A stretch of DNA of 64,000 nucleotides, taken from assembly GCA_052034955.1 (NCBI GenBank), contig JBPOHZ010000006.1, positions 23,009-87,008 of the forward strand. Direction: 5' to 3'. The notes under the pieces were generated by a model. The model did no database searches, was not told the DNA's origin, and worked only from the letters and a program-made list of their open reading frames with translations. Made by a program: the position numbers and the translations under genes. Positions 17,377-29,323 of this stretch are shown here, piece by piece. The stretch's first letter is position 1; each line of letters begins with the position of its first letter. The stretch is from Candidatus Saccharimonadota bacterium. Lineage in GTDB: Bacteria > Patescibacteriota > Saccharimonadia > Saccharimonadales > AWTP1-31.

Positions 17377-17385
17377 TGCCTGCAT

Positions 17386-19107
17386 ATGTCCGACCAAAAA
17401 CCCAGATTTAAAGGTCTCAAAAAACAAACAAGCACAACCTCGGTTGACGGTTTTGTGCCACAACGTAAGCCTCAGCTGTCTACGCCTCAATATTACAGCA
17501 AGGGAACTACTATTAGCGGTGGCCCAAGACGTCCACTAAAGACCAGGCAGACAATACCTACAGAGACACTTGATGTACCTGACGACGACGAAACACCTAC
17601 ATTAGGCAACTTCGATCAACCAGAACAAGATGTATTTAGCGACAAAGGAGAAGGCTTACAACCTCGAAATTCTAGACGTCGTGGCAATGACAAAGATAAA
17701 AAAGAGAAGAAACCGGGTCGAATACGTGCCTGGTGGAAGAGTCGTTCATTAAAATTCAAGCTCGGCCTGGTAGGTGGAATAATACTTATCGCTCTCCTTT
17801 CGGCCGCCGGCATCAGGATATACAGCTTCTTAAACTCCGTCTTTGGGCGCAGCGTCGGGAACAGCTCCTCTGCCCTTAACGATAGGGTCCGTCCTGAAGA
17901 TCTAAACACCGAGGGAGACGGCCGACTTAATATGCTGTTAATGGGTCGTGGTGGTACCGAGAACTCAGCCCCTGATCTAACAGATACGATACTAATTGCC
18001 AGCATCGATCTAAAGAATCAAAGCGCCTCTATGTTGAGCATCCCTAGGGATACATGGATACAGACCAACGGTACTAATACCAAAATCAATGCTACCTATG
18101 CCCTCGCCAAACAGTCGGCTATGGCCCAAGGGAAATCAGAGGATGCCGCCGAAGACGCCGGAATCAAGGCCATAATTGGCGTGGTTAGGAATGTTGCCGG
18201 TGTTCCAATCCATAAGTACGTCTTGACCGATTATAAAGCCTTCCGAGATGTAGTTAACGCCTTAGGTGGAGTCACCATTAACAACCCAGAAGCTATTTAC
18301 GACAACTTCACTGGCTGGAGGTTCCCTGCTGGCAAACAAAAGATGGATGGCTTAACGGCGCTTAAATACGCTCGTACCCGACATGGTAGCACCAGGGGCG
18401 ACTTTGACAGAAACGAGAACCAACGACGATTGTTGATTGCCATGCGCTCAAAGGCAACCAGCACTGGCATTGTAGCCAACCCCGTTAGGCTCAACAGCCT
18501 AGCCAATGCCGTTCAGAAGAATATTCGTACCGACCTATCATTAGACGAGGCTAAGCGACTATTTGGTAAAACCAAGGAACTGCCAGAGAAAATGATTAAA
18601 TCGCTAGACCTAGCCAAGCCCGATGGACCACTTATTATGACTGGAAATGTTGGCGGTCAATCAATTGTTCGACCACAAGCCGGTTTTGGCGACTTTAGTA
18701 AAATAAAAGCCTATGCCCGGGGTAATATGGTGGATCCATATCTGGCTGCCGAGGCCCCAACCGTAGCTGTATATAACTCAACTGGCAAAACAGGTCTGGC
18801 AACAACTGTTGGCGAAGTTCTGGCTAGCCTGGGATACAAAGTCCTAGCCAAAGAAACCGGTGCCTCTACTCAGCCAAAAACACTGGTAGTAAAGATGAAT
18901 AAAGATGCCAAGAAGCCGTTTACCGAGAGATTCCTAGGCATACGATTCAAGACCGTATTAACCGGCACACTACCTGCGAACGTTGTACCTACACCAAAGA
19001 CACCAAAGAGTAGCACGACTAGCACTACGGCAGCGTCAGCACCTTCACCAGATTATATAATCGTACTTGGTAGCGACTTCGCCACCCCTTCTGGCCCTAC
19101 TTGGTAA
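17386..19107 (+). CDS. LytR-CpsA-Psr (LCP) family glycopolymer-to-peptidoglycan ligase
   Basis: LNMLLMGRGG, DTILIASID, SIPRDTW and KINATYA form the core. Basic disordered N-tail plus one TM. LytR_C-like segment VAVYNSTGKTGLA. Ser/Thr/Pro tail. Confidence 0.85.
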   Translation: MSDQKPRFKGLKKQTSTTSVDGFVPQRKPQLSTPQYYSKGTTISGGPRRPLKTRQTIPTETLDVPDDDETPTLGNFDQPEQDVFSDKGEGLQPRNSRRRGNDKDKKEKKPGRIRAWWKSRSLKFKLGLVGGIILIALLSAAGIRIYSFLNSVFGRSVGNSSSALNDRVRPEDLNTEGDGRLNMLLMGRGGTENSAPDLTDTILIASIDLKNQSASMLSIPRDTWIQTNGTNTKINATYALAKQSAMAQGKSEDAAEDAGIKAIIGVVRNVAGVPIHKYVLTDYKAFRDVVNALGGVTINNPEAIYDNFTGWRFPAGKQKMDGLTALKYARTRHGSTRGDFDRNENQRRLLIAMRSKATSTGIVANPVRLNSLANAVQKNIRTDLSLDEAKRLFGKTKELPEKMIKSLDLAKPDGPLIMTGNVGGQSIVRPQAGFGDFSKIKAYARGNMVDPYLAAEAPTVAVYNSTGKTGLATTVGEVLASLGYKVLAKETGASTQPKTLVVKMNKDAKKPFTERFLGIRFKTVLTGTLPANVVPTPKTPKSSTTSTTAASAPSPDYIIVLGSDFATPSGPTW

Positions 19108-19135
19108 TTACCGTATTTTCTGTTATAATATTATA

Positions 19136-19621
19136 ATGAGCGCAGCAAATATTAAGCCTTACATTTCATCTCGTTTTCAGGACGCCCTAAATGGTGAGTT
19201 TCGACCTGCCAGTGATCCAGAACGAACTCACAGACTTTGGCTTTTGGCGGAAGCTGCAGGCACCAAAGGACAATTTGAACCAGTATCACTGCTTCCCCAA
19301 TTCCAAAGAGGAAACAGTTTATTAATGGGAGTTACTCTAAATTACGTTCCTTCTTGGGCTCGTGATGTTGAGGCAACTGTAAATTGTATAGAGCTCAAAC
19401 GAAGTGGCATATTCGCACTTAGAGGAATTGCTCTTAGGAATTACGAAAGTCGTCAGGAAATGTTTGTAGGCATTGAGCCTAGTATCGAAGATAGAACCGA
19501 AAGACTTAAACTTTTCCTAGATGGTCAGCCTCAAGAATTTACTCTCGATGGTGGCGACAGCCTCAAAGTTGCGCAAGCAAGCGTTACTGAGGCTGCCAAA
19601 AGCTTCTTTAGCCAACCCTAA
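19136..19621 (+). CDS. Hypothetical cytoplasmic protein
   Basis: The track ORF starts at 19067; the internal ATG 19136 (MSAANIKPYISS) follows the LCP stop. 161 aa, no family recognised. Confidence 0.5.
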   Translation: MSAANIKPYISSRFQDALNGEFRPASDPERTHRLWLLAEAAGTKGQFEPVSLLPQFQRGNSLLMGVTLNYVPSWARDVEATVNCIELKRSGIFALRGIALRNYESRQEMFVGIEPSIEDRTERLKLFLDGQPQEFTLDGGDSLKVAQASVTEAAKSFFSQP

Positions 19622-21591
19622 CCCTTACGAAGAATATACTTTCTAAAGTTCTTCTTGGTTGCTGTTCTAAGCCATTCGGCTATCAACCAGTAGTACGGGA
19701 AAGCCACGATCACCAAGAACGTACTACTTAGCAGACCGGAAATTAATGTTACAGCTAGAGGATTCCAGAAAGGATCGCTCCTGGCTAATGGCACCAGGGC
19801 TATGACACTGGTTAGACTAGTAGTAATTAGAGGCCTAAAACGGTGCCGGACAGCCTCTGCCATGGCGTCGGTATGAGTAGCACCCGCGCGTAATGCCTGG
19901 TTGGCATAGTCCACCAGCATAATCGTGTTATTGACCGCTATACCGATTAACGCAAAGAAACCGATCATTACAAAGAAACTCAGTGTGTTCTCTGTAAGAT
20001 AGAGTCCGACTGCTACACCCAAAAAGCTGAATGGAATAGCCAGCAAGATAAGTAGTGGCTGTAGCAAGCTTCTAAACTGAATGACCAGCAGGATTAGCAT
20101 AGTCAGGATCAGTATTGGGAAGGCTGTGATCATCGACTTAAATGAATCTTGGTTATTTGATTCGTTTCCAAAGTCAAACTGCAGGGCATCTTTTCCAAGG
20201 CCATATGTAGCCAGCTTCTCGGCCGTGAACTCTTTCTCGACTGCTGTTTGAGCCACTGTCACTAATGCGGTAACGTCGTCTGCATCAAAGCCTGATTTTA
20301 CTTCGAAGATTCGCTTGGCATTCTTGCGCGTAACTGTTCCACTATCCGCAGCCTGGGCATTTACCGCCTTGAACTTGGTTTTATTCTGTCGTTCAAAAGT
20401 TGTGTTGTTTAAGAACTTAACTATGTCTGCCGAAAGCATAGCTGCTTTTGCAGGATCATCAGTGTTAATCTGGGCCTTAAACGGCTGATCTTCGGCCGGG
20501 CCGCCCGCACCATTCAAACTTACCTTAATGTTGGCATCTTTAAATCCAGTAAAGGCTTTTTCTAAACGCTGTTTTAGCTCTGGTGCAGTAACGTCACGGT
20601 CCTGGTAATGAGTCAGAACAACTACCGCCATGGCCAAGCTACTGTTTGCGTTACTCATATAATCTATCCGTTCTCCAAATTCACCCAATGTATCAGCCAT
20701 TATCTTGTCTGCTTTGTCGGTGACTTCCTCGGCCTTCGCAATCGACGTACCTGGTGCAAAACGAACCGTAATTGTCATATCGTTTCCATCTTTGGTAGGC
20801 GGGAATATATCAAACTTTAGCTTTCCAAAGAAACCAAAGCTTCCCAGTAGTGATGCAATCCCAAGCGTAACCGCTGCCAGCGACATTCCAAATCGTCGCC
20901 ACTTACTACCTCTGGTCCAGGTTATTGCATTGGCCAACCCACTGCTAATAAGGTGCTCGGCGCGAATTATAGGATTACGGCTTTGCTCTTTAACTTTTGT
21001 TTTATCGGACAAAATAAGGTGTCTGGCTAGGAACGGTATTAGCGACAACGAAACTAACAATGAAAATGCCAAACTTATAATAATCGTTACTGGCAAGGCA
21101 CGAATGAAGCTGCCTAGAATTCCACCAATGAATATCATTGGCGCAAAGGCTAACATTGTTACTAGTGTTCCAGTTGTACTGGCCCGTGCCACGCGCTTTA
21201 CAGCAAGGGCAACTATTTCTCGTTTATTCTTTCCCTCTTTTTGACCAGCATCTATGGCCTCGGCCACGATAGTGGTGTCATCAACAATTAAGCCTAATGA
21301 CAAAATCAGTGCAAACAGAGTAATAGTATTTATGGTGTAGCCAAACACTTTTAAGCCGGCAATGGTTGCAAGCAGAATTGTGGCCATACTCAGTGAGGTC
21401 GCAATTCCCGCCCTCCACGAAATCAGCGCCAAGCTAATAATAGCCACGATTATTAGGCCTTCGCTTAGGCTGGTTTGTAGCCCGTGAATCTGCTCACGAA
21501 CACTAGCCGCTTCACTTCCGGTTACTACAGTTGCAAATTTATCGCTTTTAATGCTGTCTAACTTCTCCTGAACTCGATCATAGAGCTCCAA
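19618..21591 (-). CDS. RND-superfamily efflux permease, C-terminal three quarters (frameshift-separated fragment)
   Basis: LGLIVDDTTIVAEAIDAG; FRSLLQPLLILLAIPFSFLGVAVGLYL; GIAVNNTIMLVDYANQ. The frame stays open upstream to 21657. The track start is a TTG. Confidence 0.85.
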   Translation of the reverse strand: MELYDRVQEKLDSIKSDKFATVVTGSEAASVREQIHGLQTSLSEGLIIVAIISLALISWRAGIATSLSMATILLATIAGLKVFGYTINTITLFALILSLGLIVDDTTIVAEAIDAGQKEGKNKREIVALAVKRVARASTTGTLVTMLAFAPMIFIGGILGSFIRALPVTIIISLAFSLLVSLSLIPFLARHLILSDKTKVKEQSRNPIIRAEHLISSGLANAITWTRGSKWRRFGMSLAAVTLGIASLLGSFGFFGKLKFDIFPPTKDGNDMTITVRFAPGTSIAKAEEVTDKADKIMADTLGEFGERIDYMSNANSSLAMAVVVLTHYQDRDVTAPELKQRLEKAFTGFKDANIKVSLNGAGGPAEDQPFKAQINTDDPAKAAMLSADIVKFLNNTTFERQNKTKFKAVNAQAADSGTVTRKNAKRIFEVKSGFDADDVTALVTVAQTAVEKEFTAEKLATYGLGKDALQFDFGNESNNQDSFKSMITAFPILILTMLILLVIQFRSLLQPLLILLAIPFSFLGVAVGLYLTENTLSFFVMIGFFALIGIAVNNTIMLVDYANQALRAGATHTDAMAEAVRHRFRPLITTSLTSVIALVPLARSDPFWNPLAVTLISGLLSSTFLVIVAFPYYWLIAEWLRTATKKNFRKYILRKG

Positions 21592-21620
21592 GCTGTCTGT
21601 ACCTGCCTTGGCAACAACCC

Positions 21621-22316
21621 CTACCGATACAGAATCATTAAAACTATCTTTCCATCTTTACTGACGCCAGTTCGGTCGAAAGTTTTCTGCTGTTCTTTTG
21701 ATTGACCAGTTGTAGGATCTACTGCCTGCTCCGTCTGGCTTAGGGGTTCTGCCTTAACAACGCCTTCGACTGTTTTTAGCTGATTGGCTATATTATTAGC
21801 CTCAGTTTTTAGCGTCATCTGATCGATGTTGCTAGTGCCGTAAACCGAGAGTAATAAGTTATATTTATTATCAAATTTAGTAAAGTCGATACTCTGGAAT
21901 TTTAATTGGGCGGCTTTTGGCAAGCCAAGAGCCTCAACTTGTTTTTGAGCCTTAGCCGATGCAGCAACCGAATCAGTTCCCTCTTTGTACTCAATCTGAA
22001 CATTAACGAAGTTCTTAGCTGATGAAGTTGTCACTGTTTTAACTTCGGGCATACTCAGTATGGCCCTGGACACTGGTTCGGCGATATCTTTGTCTACTTT
22101 GGCTTGATCGTCAACAAAGTAGGCTCCATTCACAATACTGAAAGGCAAGTTAACGCCCGGGAAGCCCTGACGCTCTAAGAAAACCGTATAGCTAAGCACT
22201 CCAAAGATTACTACCGCGATCCACAAGGCAACGCTAGTCTTTATGTGATCAAAGAAAAATAGGCTAAATCGCTGTAGTCTAGTCAGCTTAGTTTTATCAG
22301 TCCGCTTTTTGGGCAT
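21621..22316 (-). CDS. RND-superfamily efflux permease, N-terminal fragment
   Basis: 231 aa. TM1 (VALWIAVVIFGVLSYTVFL) plus the first extracytoplasmic porter-like subdomain. Ends at TAG 21621-21623, 30 nt before the continuation. Confidence 0.8.
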   Translation of the reverse strand: MPKKRTDKTKLTRLQRFSLFFFDHIKTSVALWIAVVIFGVLSYTVFLERQGFPGVNLPFSIVNGAYFVDDQAKVDKDIAEPVSRAILSMPEVKTVTTSSAKNFVNVQIEYKEGTDSVAASAKAQKQVEALGLPKAAQLKFQSIDFTKFDNKYNLLLSVYGTSNIDQMTLKTEANNIANQLKTVEGVVKAEPLSQTEQAVDPTTGQSKEQQKTFDRTGVSKDGKIVLMILYR

Positions 22317-22411
22317 AGGTATTCCTCGTTATGTAATTATAGATAGTATCTCATAGCATTGGCATATCTGGAACGTAGCTTTTACCCTCAGCAACAGGTA
22401 CAATTGTAAAT

Positions 22412-23833
22412 ATGAAGAATAACGCCGCCTTAGGCTATGCCGTACTTTTAATTGTCGGTGACTTCCTGGCCCTGCTTGCCGCTTTTAGCTTAGCTTTCAT
22501 ACTCCGAGTCAAAGTGGACGAACGGCCGTTGTTGGAACAAATCAAAGCAGCCGACTACTTTATAGCTATTTTCAGTGTTTTACCGCTTTGGGTTATAGTC
22601 CATGCCTTTATTGGTTTATATAGTCAAAAGGTTTACGATAGGCGATTCCAAGAGCTAGGCCGCCTGTTAGTTGGATCAATATTGGGAATACTAGTTATTA
22701 TTGGCTACGATTTTGCCAGCGACGATAAGCTTTTCCCCGCTAGATTGGTTCCGGTATACGGCTTCCTATTAGGATTCAGCTTCTTGCTAGTCTTTAGAAC
22801 AATTGCTCGCTTAGCTCGACGTTTTTTGTTCGGGTTTGGAGTGGGTGTTAGCAATGTATTAATTGTTGGTAATACTCCAAAATCTCTTGAGCTAGCCGAG
22901 GCAATATCTAACACTAGAACAACTGGTCAGAATGTTATCGGAATCGTCGGGGTAAAGTCCAAGGACTTCAAAACCTATTCCAATTTCTCGGAAGCGCTTA
23001 GCAAAATAGCCGTGCCGATTCATAGCATAATCCACACCGAGCTGTATAAAGATCAAGAAAAGAACGATACCGTGCTCCGCTTTGCTCAGGTTAATCACGC
23101 TGCTTACCGCTTTGTACCCGGCAATAGCGATTTGTTTGTAGGCAATATGGAAGTCGAATTATTTGGTGGCAGCATCCCAATGATTGCAGTTCATCAAACA
23201 GCACTTATTGGGTGGGGAAGAATCGTAAAAAGACTGTTCGATATTTTTGCTTCATCATTATTGATTGTTGTTACTAGCCCAATTATGTTGCTGACCGCAC
23301 TGGCAGTTAAGCTTGGAGATCCAAAAGGGCCAATACTAATGCGAGGTATCCAGCAAAAAAGATTAACCAGACATAACAATATATTTAAGGTCTATAAATT
23401 TAGATCTCATTACGCCAAGTTCGATGGAAAAAAGGACGAAGAAGTCTTTGCCATGATTGGCAAACCGGAACTTATAAAGGAATACCGCGAAAACGGCGAT
23501 AAGTTAGATAACGACTTCAGAGTTACTCCCGTAGGTCGAGTCATACGACGCACACACATCGACGAATTACCTCAACTTTTCAACATCTTGCGGGGCGAGA
23601 TAAGCCTAGTTGGACCAAGAGCTCTAATACCCGCCGAACTAAACCAATATGACAAGAAGCACACCATCCTAAGCGTTAAATCTGGCCTAACCGGATTAGC
23701 TCAAGTGTCTGGAATGCGTGATATTAGCTTCGAAGAACGTCGCAAACTAGACACCTACTACGTACAAAACTGGAGCTTTTGGCTAGACCTGGCCATCTTG
23801 GTTAAGACCATCAAAACGGTAATTAAAAGCTAA
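22412..23833 (+). CDS. Polyprenyl-phosphate sugar-1-phosphate transferase (WbaP/EpsL-like initiating enzyme)
   Basis: N-terminal helices, then a C-terminal bacterial sugar-transferase domain: KRLFDIFASSLLIVVTSPIML, FKVYKFRS, DELPQLFNILRGEISLVGPRA. Confidence 0.85.
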   Translation: MKNNAALGYAVLLIVGDFLALLAAFSLAFILRVKVDERPLLEQIKAADYFIAIFSVLPLWVIVHAFIGLYSQKVYDRRFQELGRLLVGSILGILVIIGYDFASDDKLFPARLVPVYGFLLGFSFLLVFRTIARLARRFLFGFGVGVSNVLIVGNTPKSLELAEAISNTRTTGQNVIGIVGVKSKDFKTYSNFSEALSKIAVPIHSIIHTELYKDQEKNDTVLRFAQVNHAAYRFVPGNSDLFVGNMEVELFGGSIPMIAVHQTALIGWGRIVKRLFDIFASSLLIVVTSPIMLLTALAVKLGDPKGPILMRGIQQKRLTRHNNIFKVYKFRSHYAKFDGKKDEEVFAMIGKPELIKEYRENGDKLDNDFRVTPVGRVIRRTHIDELPQLFNILRGEISLVGPRALIPAELNQYDKKHTILSVKSGLTGLAQVSGMRDISFEERRKLDTYYVQNWSFWLDLAILVKTIKTVIKS

Positions 23834-24921
23834 TGAAGGTCGCCATTGTTCACGATTGGCTAGTTGGTGGTGGAGCCGAACGGGTAGTAGAACAACTTCA
23901 TCTGCTCTATCCTGATGCCCCTATTTATACGTCATATTGCTCGCCAGAATGGCGTAAAAAGTTGGACGGAAAAGTCATCACAGGGTACTTGCAAAAATGG
24001 CCATTCAATAAGCTACGAAAATATGTTGGTCCACTAAGAATTTGGTGGTTTGGCAGTATTGATTTTAGTGGTTACGACCTAGTAATCAGTAGTAGCGGTA
24101 ATGGTGAAGCCAAAGACATTAATGTTCCTAGCGGCACTAAACACATCTGTTATTGTCACAGCCCAGTGCGTTTTTATTGGCGTGACTACGACAAATATAT
24201 TAAGCAGCCGGGATTTGGCTTGTTCAATCCAGTTGCAAGGCTTGGTTTGCGCCTGCTAGTTAAGCCACTCCGCAACAGGGATTTCAAAGCCGCCCAAAAA
24301 CCAGATTACTTTATCGCTAACTCCAGCTTTATCTCCGACCAAATAAAACAATCTTATGGACGAGAATCAACCGTCATAAATCCCCCACTCGATACTAAAA
24401 GATTCAAGGGCAATGTTACCGGCAAACGATCTGGGTTATTGACTATGGGTCGACAAGTTCAGATTAAAAAGACTGATCTAATTGTCGATGCCTGTACTCA
24501 GCTAAATATTACCCTTACAGTTATTGGTTACGGCCCAGAACACGAAGACCTAGTTAAGCGTGCCGGTCCTAGTGTTAATTTTCCAAAGAATGTAGGCGAC
24601 CGCGAAATGTTCGATTATCTATCCGGAGCCGAGGGTTTTATATTTGCTGCAGAGGAAGACTTTGGCATTGCTCCCCTAGAAGGTTTAGCTAGTGGTACGC
24701 CATTGATCGCCTACAAAGGCGGTGGTGCTTTGGACTATGTTGTACCTGGTAAAACCGGTGTTTTCTTTGACGAACAAACCCTTCCAAGTCTATGCGCGGC
24801 ACTTAAAAAATTTGATAGCAGTAAGTTTGATAATGCACAAATCTCAAACTATGCTCAAAAGTTTTCCGAAGAAAACTTCCGTAATCAAATTACTAAGCTA
24901 GTCCGACAAGAGATTCAGTAG
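23833..24921 (+). CDS. Glycosyltransferase, GT-B fold (GT4-like)
   Basis: MKVAIVHDWLVGGGAERVV N-terminus. EDFGIAPLEGLASGTPLIA motif near the C-terminus. The start overlaps the previous stop (TAATG). Confidence 0.8.
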   Translation: MKVAIVHDWLVGGGAERVVEQLHLLYPDAPIYTSYCSPEWRKKLDGKVITGYLQKWPFNKLRKYVGPLRIWWFGSIDFSGYDLVISSSGNGEAKDINVPSGTKHICYCHSPVRFYWRDYDKYIKQPGFGLFNPVARLGLRLLVKPLRNRDFKAAQKPDYFIANSSFISDQIKQSYGRESTVINPPLDTKRFKGNVTGKRSGLLTMGRQVQIKKTDLIVDACTQLNITLTVIGYGPEHEDLVKRAGPSVNFPKNVGDREMFDYLSGAEGFIFAAEEDFGIAPLEGLASGTPLIAYKGGGALDYVVPGKTGVFFDEQTLPSLCAALKKFDSSKFDNAQISNYAQKFSEENFRNQITKLVRQEIQ

Positions 24922-25790
24922 TCAGAAAACTCCCAATTGGTACCAGATACGCCAGATCCGATTGCTGGCTGTCCAATGCACTCGGAGATCTCAGCAGGCC
25001 AAAACTGGCCATCATGCAATGACTCCCACTTGATGCCAAGTGGTTTATATCTAATGACAGGCATTACTTCCATGTAATGCATAAACTCGAAGCCTGGCTG
25101 GAGTTGATAATCAAGAGTGGCTCTGAGCAAAGAATTGGTGTAGTCAACCTCTGGACTACCAGTTGGCATTAGATCTAAAACGTAACTCTTAAAGAAGCTC
25201 CGTCGTGACGCAACATTCGACACACTATTAGGACGACCTCCGGAAAGATATGCCATGTCTCGCTCTGCTAATAAACCTAGCATCGTAAACAAGTGTATCC
25301 CCCATCTAGATTCTAACTTAAATCGGAGCCAATCCCGGGGCACCAACTCGACGTCTTCTCGGACTTCCTGTGGCTGAGAATTGTTGACGCATATGTCTTT
25401 ATAAATTCTAGCGATCTGCGCGACCCTAAAAAGTGTTTTTGTCCTATTCAGGGGTTTATGGTTTTTTGGAGGTAGATAATCTTCCGGAAGTAGTCGCAGA
25501 TTATCAACCGCATCTCTAAACAAATCCTCATCTTGTAAGCACGTACGCATAATTCGCACCGCGTCGAACTGATAGAAACACTGCAACAAAGGAGAGCCGT
25601 TGGACATAGAAAATGACAAGCGGAACACATCTTTTAATCGCTGGTCAATATCCCCTGGCTCAATGTCATAGCGATCCTCAATCGCATCAAGAGCCGGGCT
25701 AGCACTTACTGCGTTGAAATACGCTTGTTGCTTCTCGACTAACTCACCGGACGTATCGAGCCTGACAGGAAGAGTGTAATTCTCTAACAT
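24915..25790 (-). CDS. Hypothetical cytoplasmic protein (orphan inside the glycan locus)
   Basis: 291-aa ORF with no TM. The 3' end overlaps the GT4 gene by 7 nt. No family recognised. Confidence 0.5.
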   Translation of the reverse strand: MLENYTLPVRLDTSGELVEKQQAYFNAVSASPALDAIEDRYDIEPGDIDQRLKDVFRLSFSMSNGSPLLQCFYQFDAVRIMRTCLQDEDLFRDAVDNLRLLPEDYLPPKNHKPLNRTKTLFRVAQIARIYKDICVNNSQPQEVREDVELVPRDWLRFKLESRWGIHLFTMLGLLAERDMAYLSGGRPNSVSNVASRRSFFKSYVLDLMPTGSPEVDYTNSLLRATLDYQLQPGFEFMHYMEVMPVIRYKPLGIKWESLHDGQFWPAEISECIGQPAIGSGVSGTNWEFSDY

Positions 25791-25869
25791 TAACTTATTA
25801 TATAACTTATTTGACTATACAGGTATTTTGGCGAAAGCGCGGGTTACAATTCATTGCACCTTGGATACA

Positions 25870-27917
<2,048 letters not shown>

Positions 27918-27918
<1 letters not shown>

Positions 27919-28475
27919 TGTCACAAACTACATTCGGGGTCGAAAAGACCGAGATAGAAGGATTATTCACTGTTAATTTTAAGGTTTTCGAGGATGATCG
28001 TGGATCTGTCATGGAGTTCCACAGACAATCCGATTTTGAGTCAGCTGGTCTTCCCAGCCTCGGAGAACGTCCACAGGTGAATGCACCATTATCAGTTCGT
28101 GGTGCCGTACGTGGCATCCATGCAGAATTTGCTCATAAGCTTGTGTCTGTAGCCAGCGGAGAGATCTATGCCGTAATTGTTGACCTTAGAAAAGACTCCC
28201 CAACCGCTGGCAAGTGGCAAGGATTTAACTTATCAAGAGGACAAGGCCTTTTTGTAAGTAGTGGGCTGGGAAATTCTTTTCAATCAACAAGCCAAGAACC
28301 TTCAATATATATGTATTACTTCGAAAAAGAATGGCAACCAAACATGCCTGGACTAGCCTGTAACCCACTTGACCCGGAATTGGGCATAGACTGGCCTATA
28401 AAACTCGGCGAAGGAATGATTATATCCGACAAAGACCAATCAAGCCCAAGCCTCAAAGAGGCTTTGTCGAAATGA
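27918..28475 (+). CDS. rfbC: dTDP-4-dehydrorhamnose 3,5-epimerase
   Basis: FEDDRGSVMEF, VRGIHAEFAHKLVSVASGEIYAVIVDLRKDSPTAGKW. 185 aa. Confidence 0.9.
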
Positions 28476-29323
28476 AAGATTCAGAAATATTTATTGTCGG
28501 AGCCAATGGTCAGTTAGGACTAGCGCTTAAGGAGCGTTATCCGGGAGCACTGTTTGCCGATATCGATGAGCTGGATATAACCAGCAAGCCTTCAGTCGCT
28601 GGGTTTGATTGGTCCCAAATAAAAGTAGTCCTTAATGCTGCGGCCTACACTAATGTAGATGGCGCCGAGACTCCGGAAGGACGGGTAACGGCATGGAATG
28701 TAAATGCTTCTGCCGCAAGGAACCTGGTCGAAGCAGCCCTACAGCACGGGTTCACCCTGGTCCACATCTCATCAGATTATGTCTTTGACGGGTCCCAAGG
28801 CCTGCACTCGGAAGAAGAATTATTTAGCCCATTATCAGTTTATGGAGCCAGCAAAGCCGCCGGCGATATAGTGATGCAGTGCGTCAAACGGTTCTACATT
28901 ATCAGAACCAGTTGGGTTATTGGTGAAGGAAATAATTTTGTCCGAACCATGCTTGGCTTGGGCAAAAAAGGCATAAATCCATCCGTTGTATCCGACCAGA
29001 TTGGCCGCCTTACTTTTACAAGTGAACTTGTTAGGGCAATCGACCACCTTATTACAAATAAGGCTCCATACGGAACATATAATCTAAGCAATTCTGGCGA
29101 TCCAGCAAGTTGGGCAGATGTTACACGCCAGATTTTTAAACAGGCAGGGCTAGACAATACAGTAACCAATGTTACGACGGCCGAATATTATAAAGACAAA
29201 GCAGGAATTGCCCCCCGCCCGCTTCAAAGTACTCTGGACTTAGCCAAGATTGAATCTACCGGATTCAAACCAATCGATTGGAAAGAAGGACTCAAGCAAT
29301 ACATTGCAAAGGAGAAATCATGA
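28472..29323 (+). CDS. rfbD: dTDP-4-dehydrorhamnose reductase
   Basis: IFIVGANGQLG, SSDYVFDG, YGASKAAGD. ATGA overlap with rfbC. Confidence 0.9.
   Translation: MKDSEIFIVGANGQLGLALKERYPGALFADIDELDITSKPSVAGFDWSQIKVVLNAAAYTNVDGAETPEGRVTAWNVNASAARNLVEAALQHGFTLVHISSDYVFDGSQGLHSEEELFSPLSVYGASKAAGDIVMQCVKRFYIIRTSWVIGEGNNFVRTMLGLGKKGINPSVVSDQIGRLTFTSELVRAIDHLITNKAPYGTYNLSNSGDPASWADVTRQIFKQAGLDNTVTNVTTAEYYKDKAGIAPRPLQSTLDLAKIESTGFKPIDWKEGLKQYIAKEKS

Noticed and set aside
20705-21244. Long antisense ORFs inside well-supported genes (e.g. 20705-21244, 5272-5661, 14013-14534, 26429-26851, 41134-41583, 43568-43957, 53316-53855, 57285-57635, 58776-59177, 62778-63197)
   Set aside because: Each lies opposite a gene with clear family motifs. 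Their products are low-complexity (Ser/Pro/Arg/Leu-rich) and motif-less, which is typical of shadow ORFs.
28473-28475. Alternative genetic code (UGA as a sense codon, as in some CPR lineages)
   Set aside because: TGA terminates rfbC exactly where the family ends and overlaps the rfbD ATG. Long uninterrupted ORFs under the standard code throughout the window argue for code 11.
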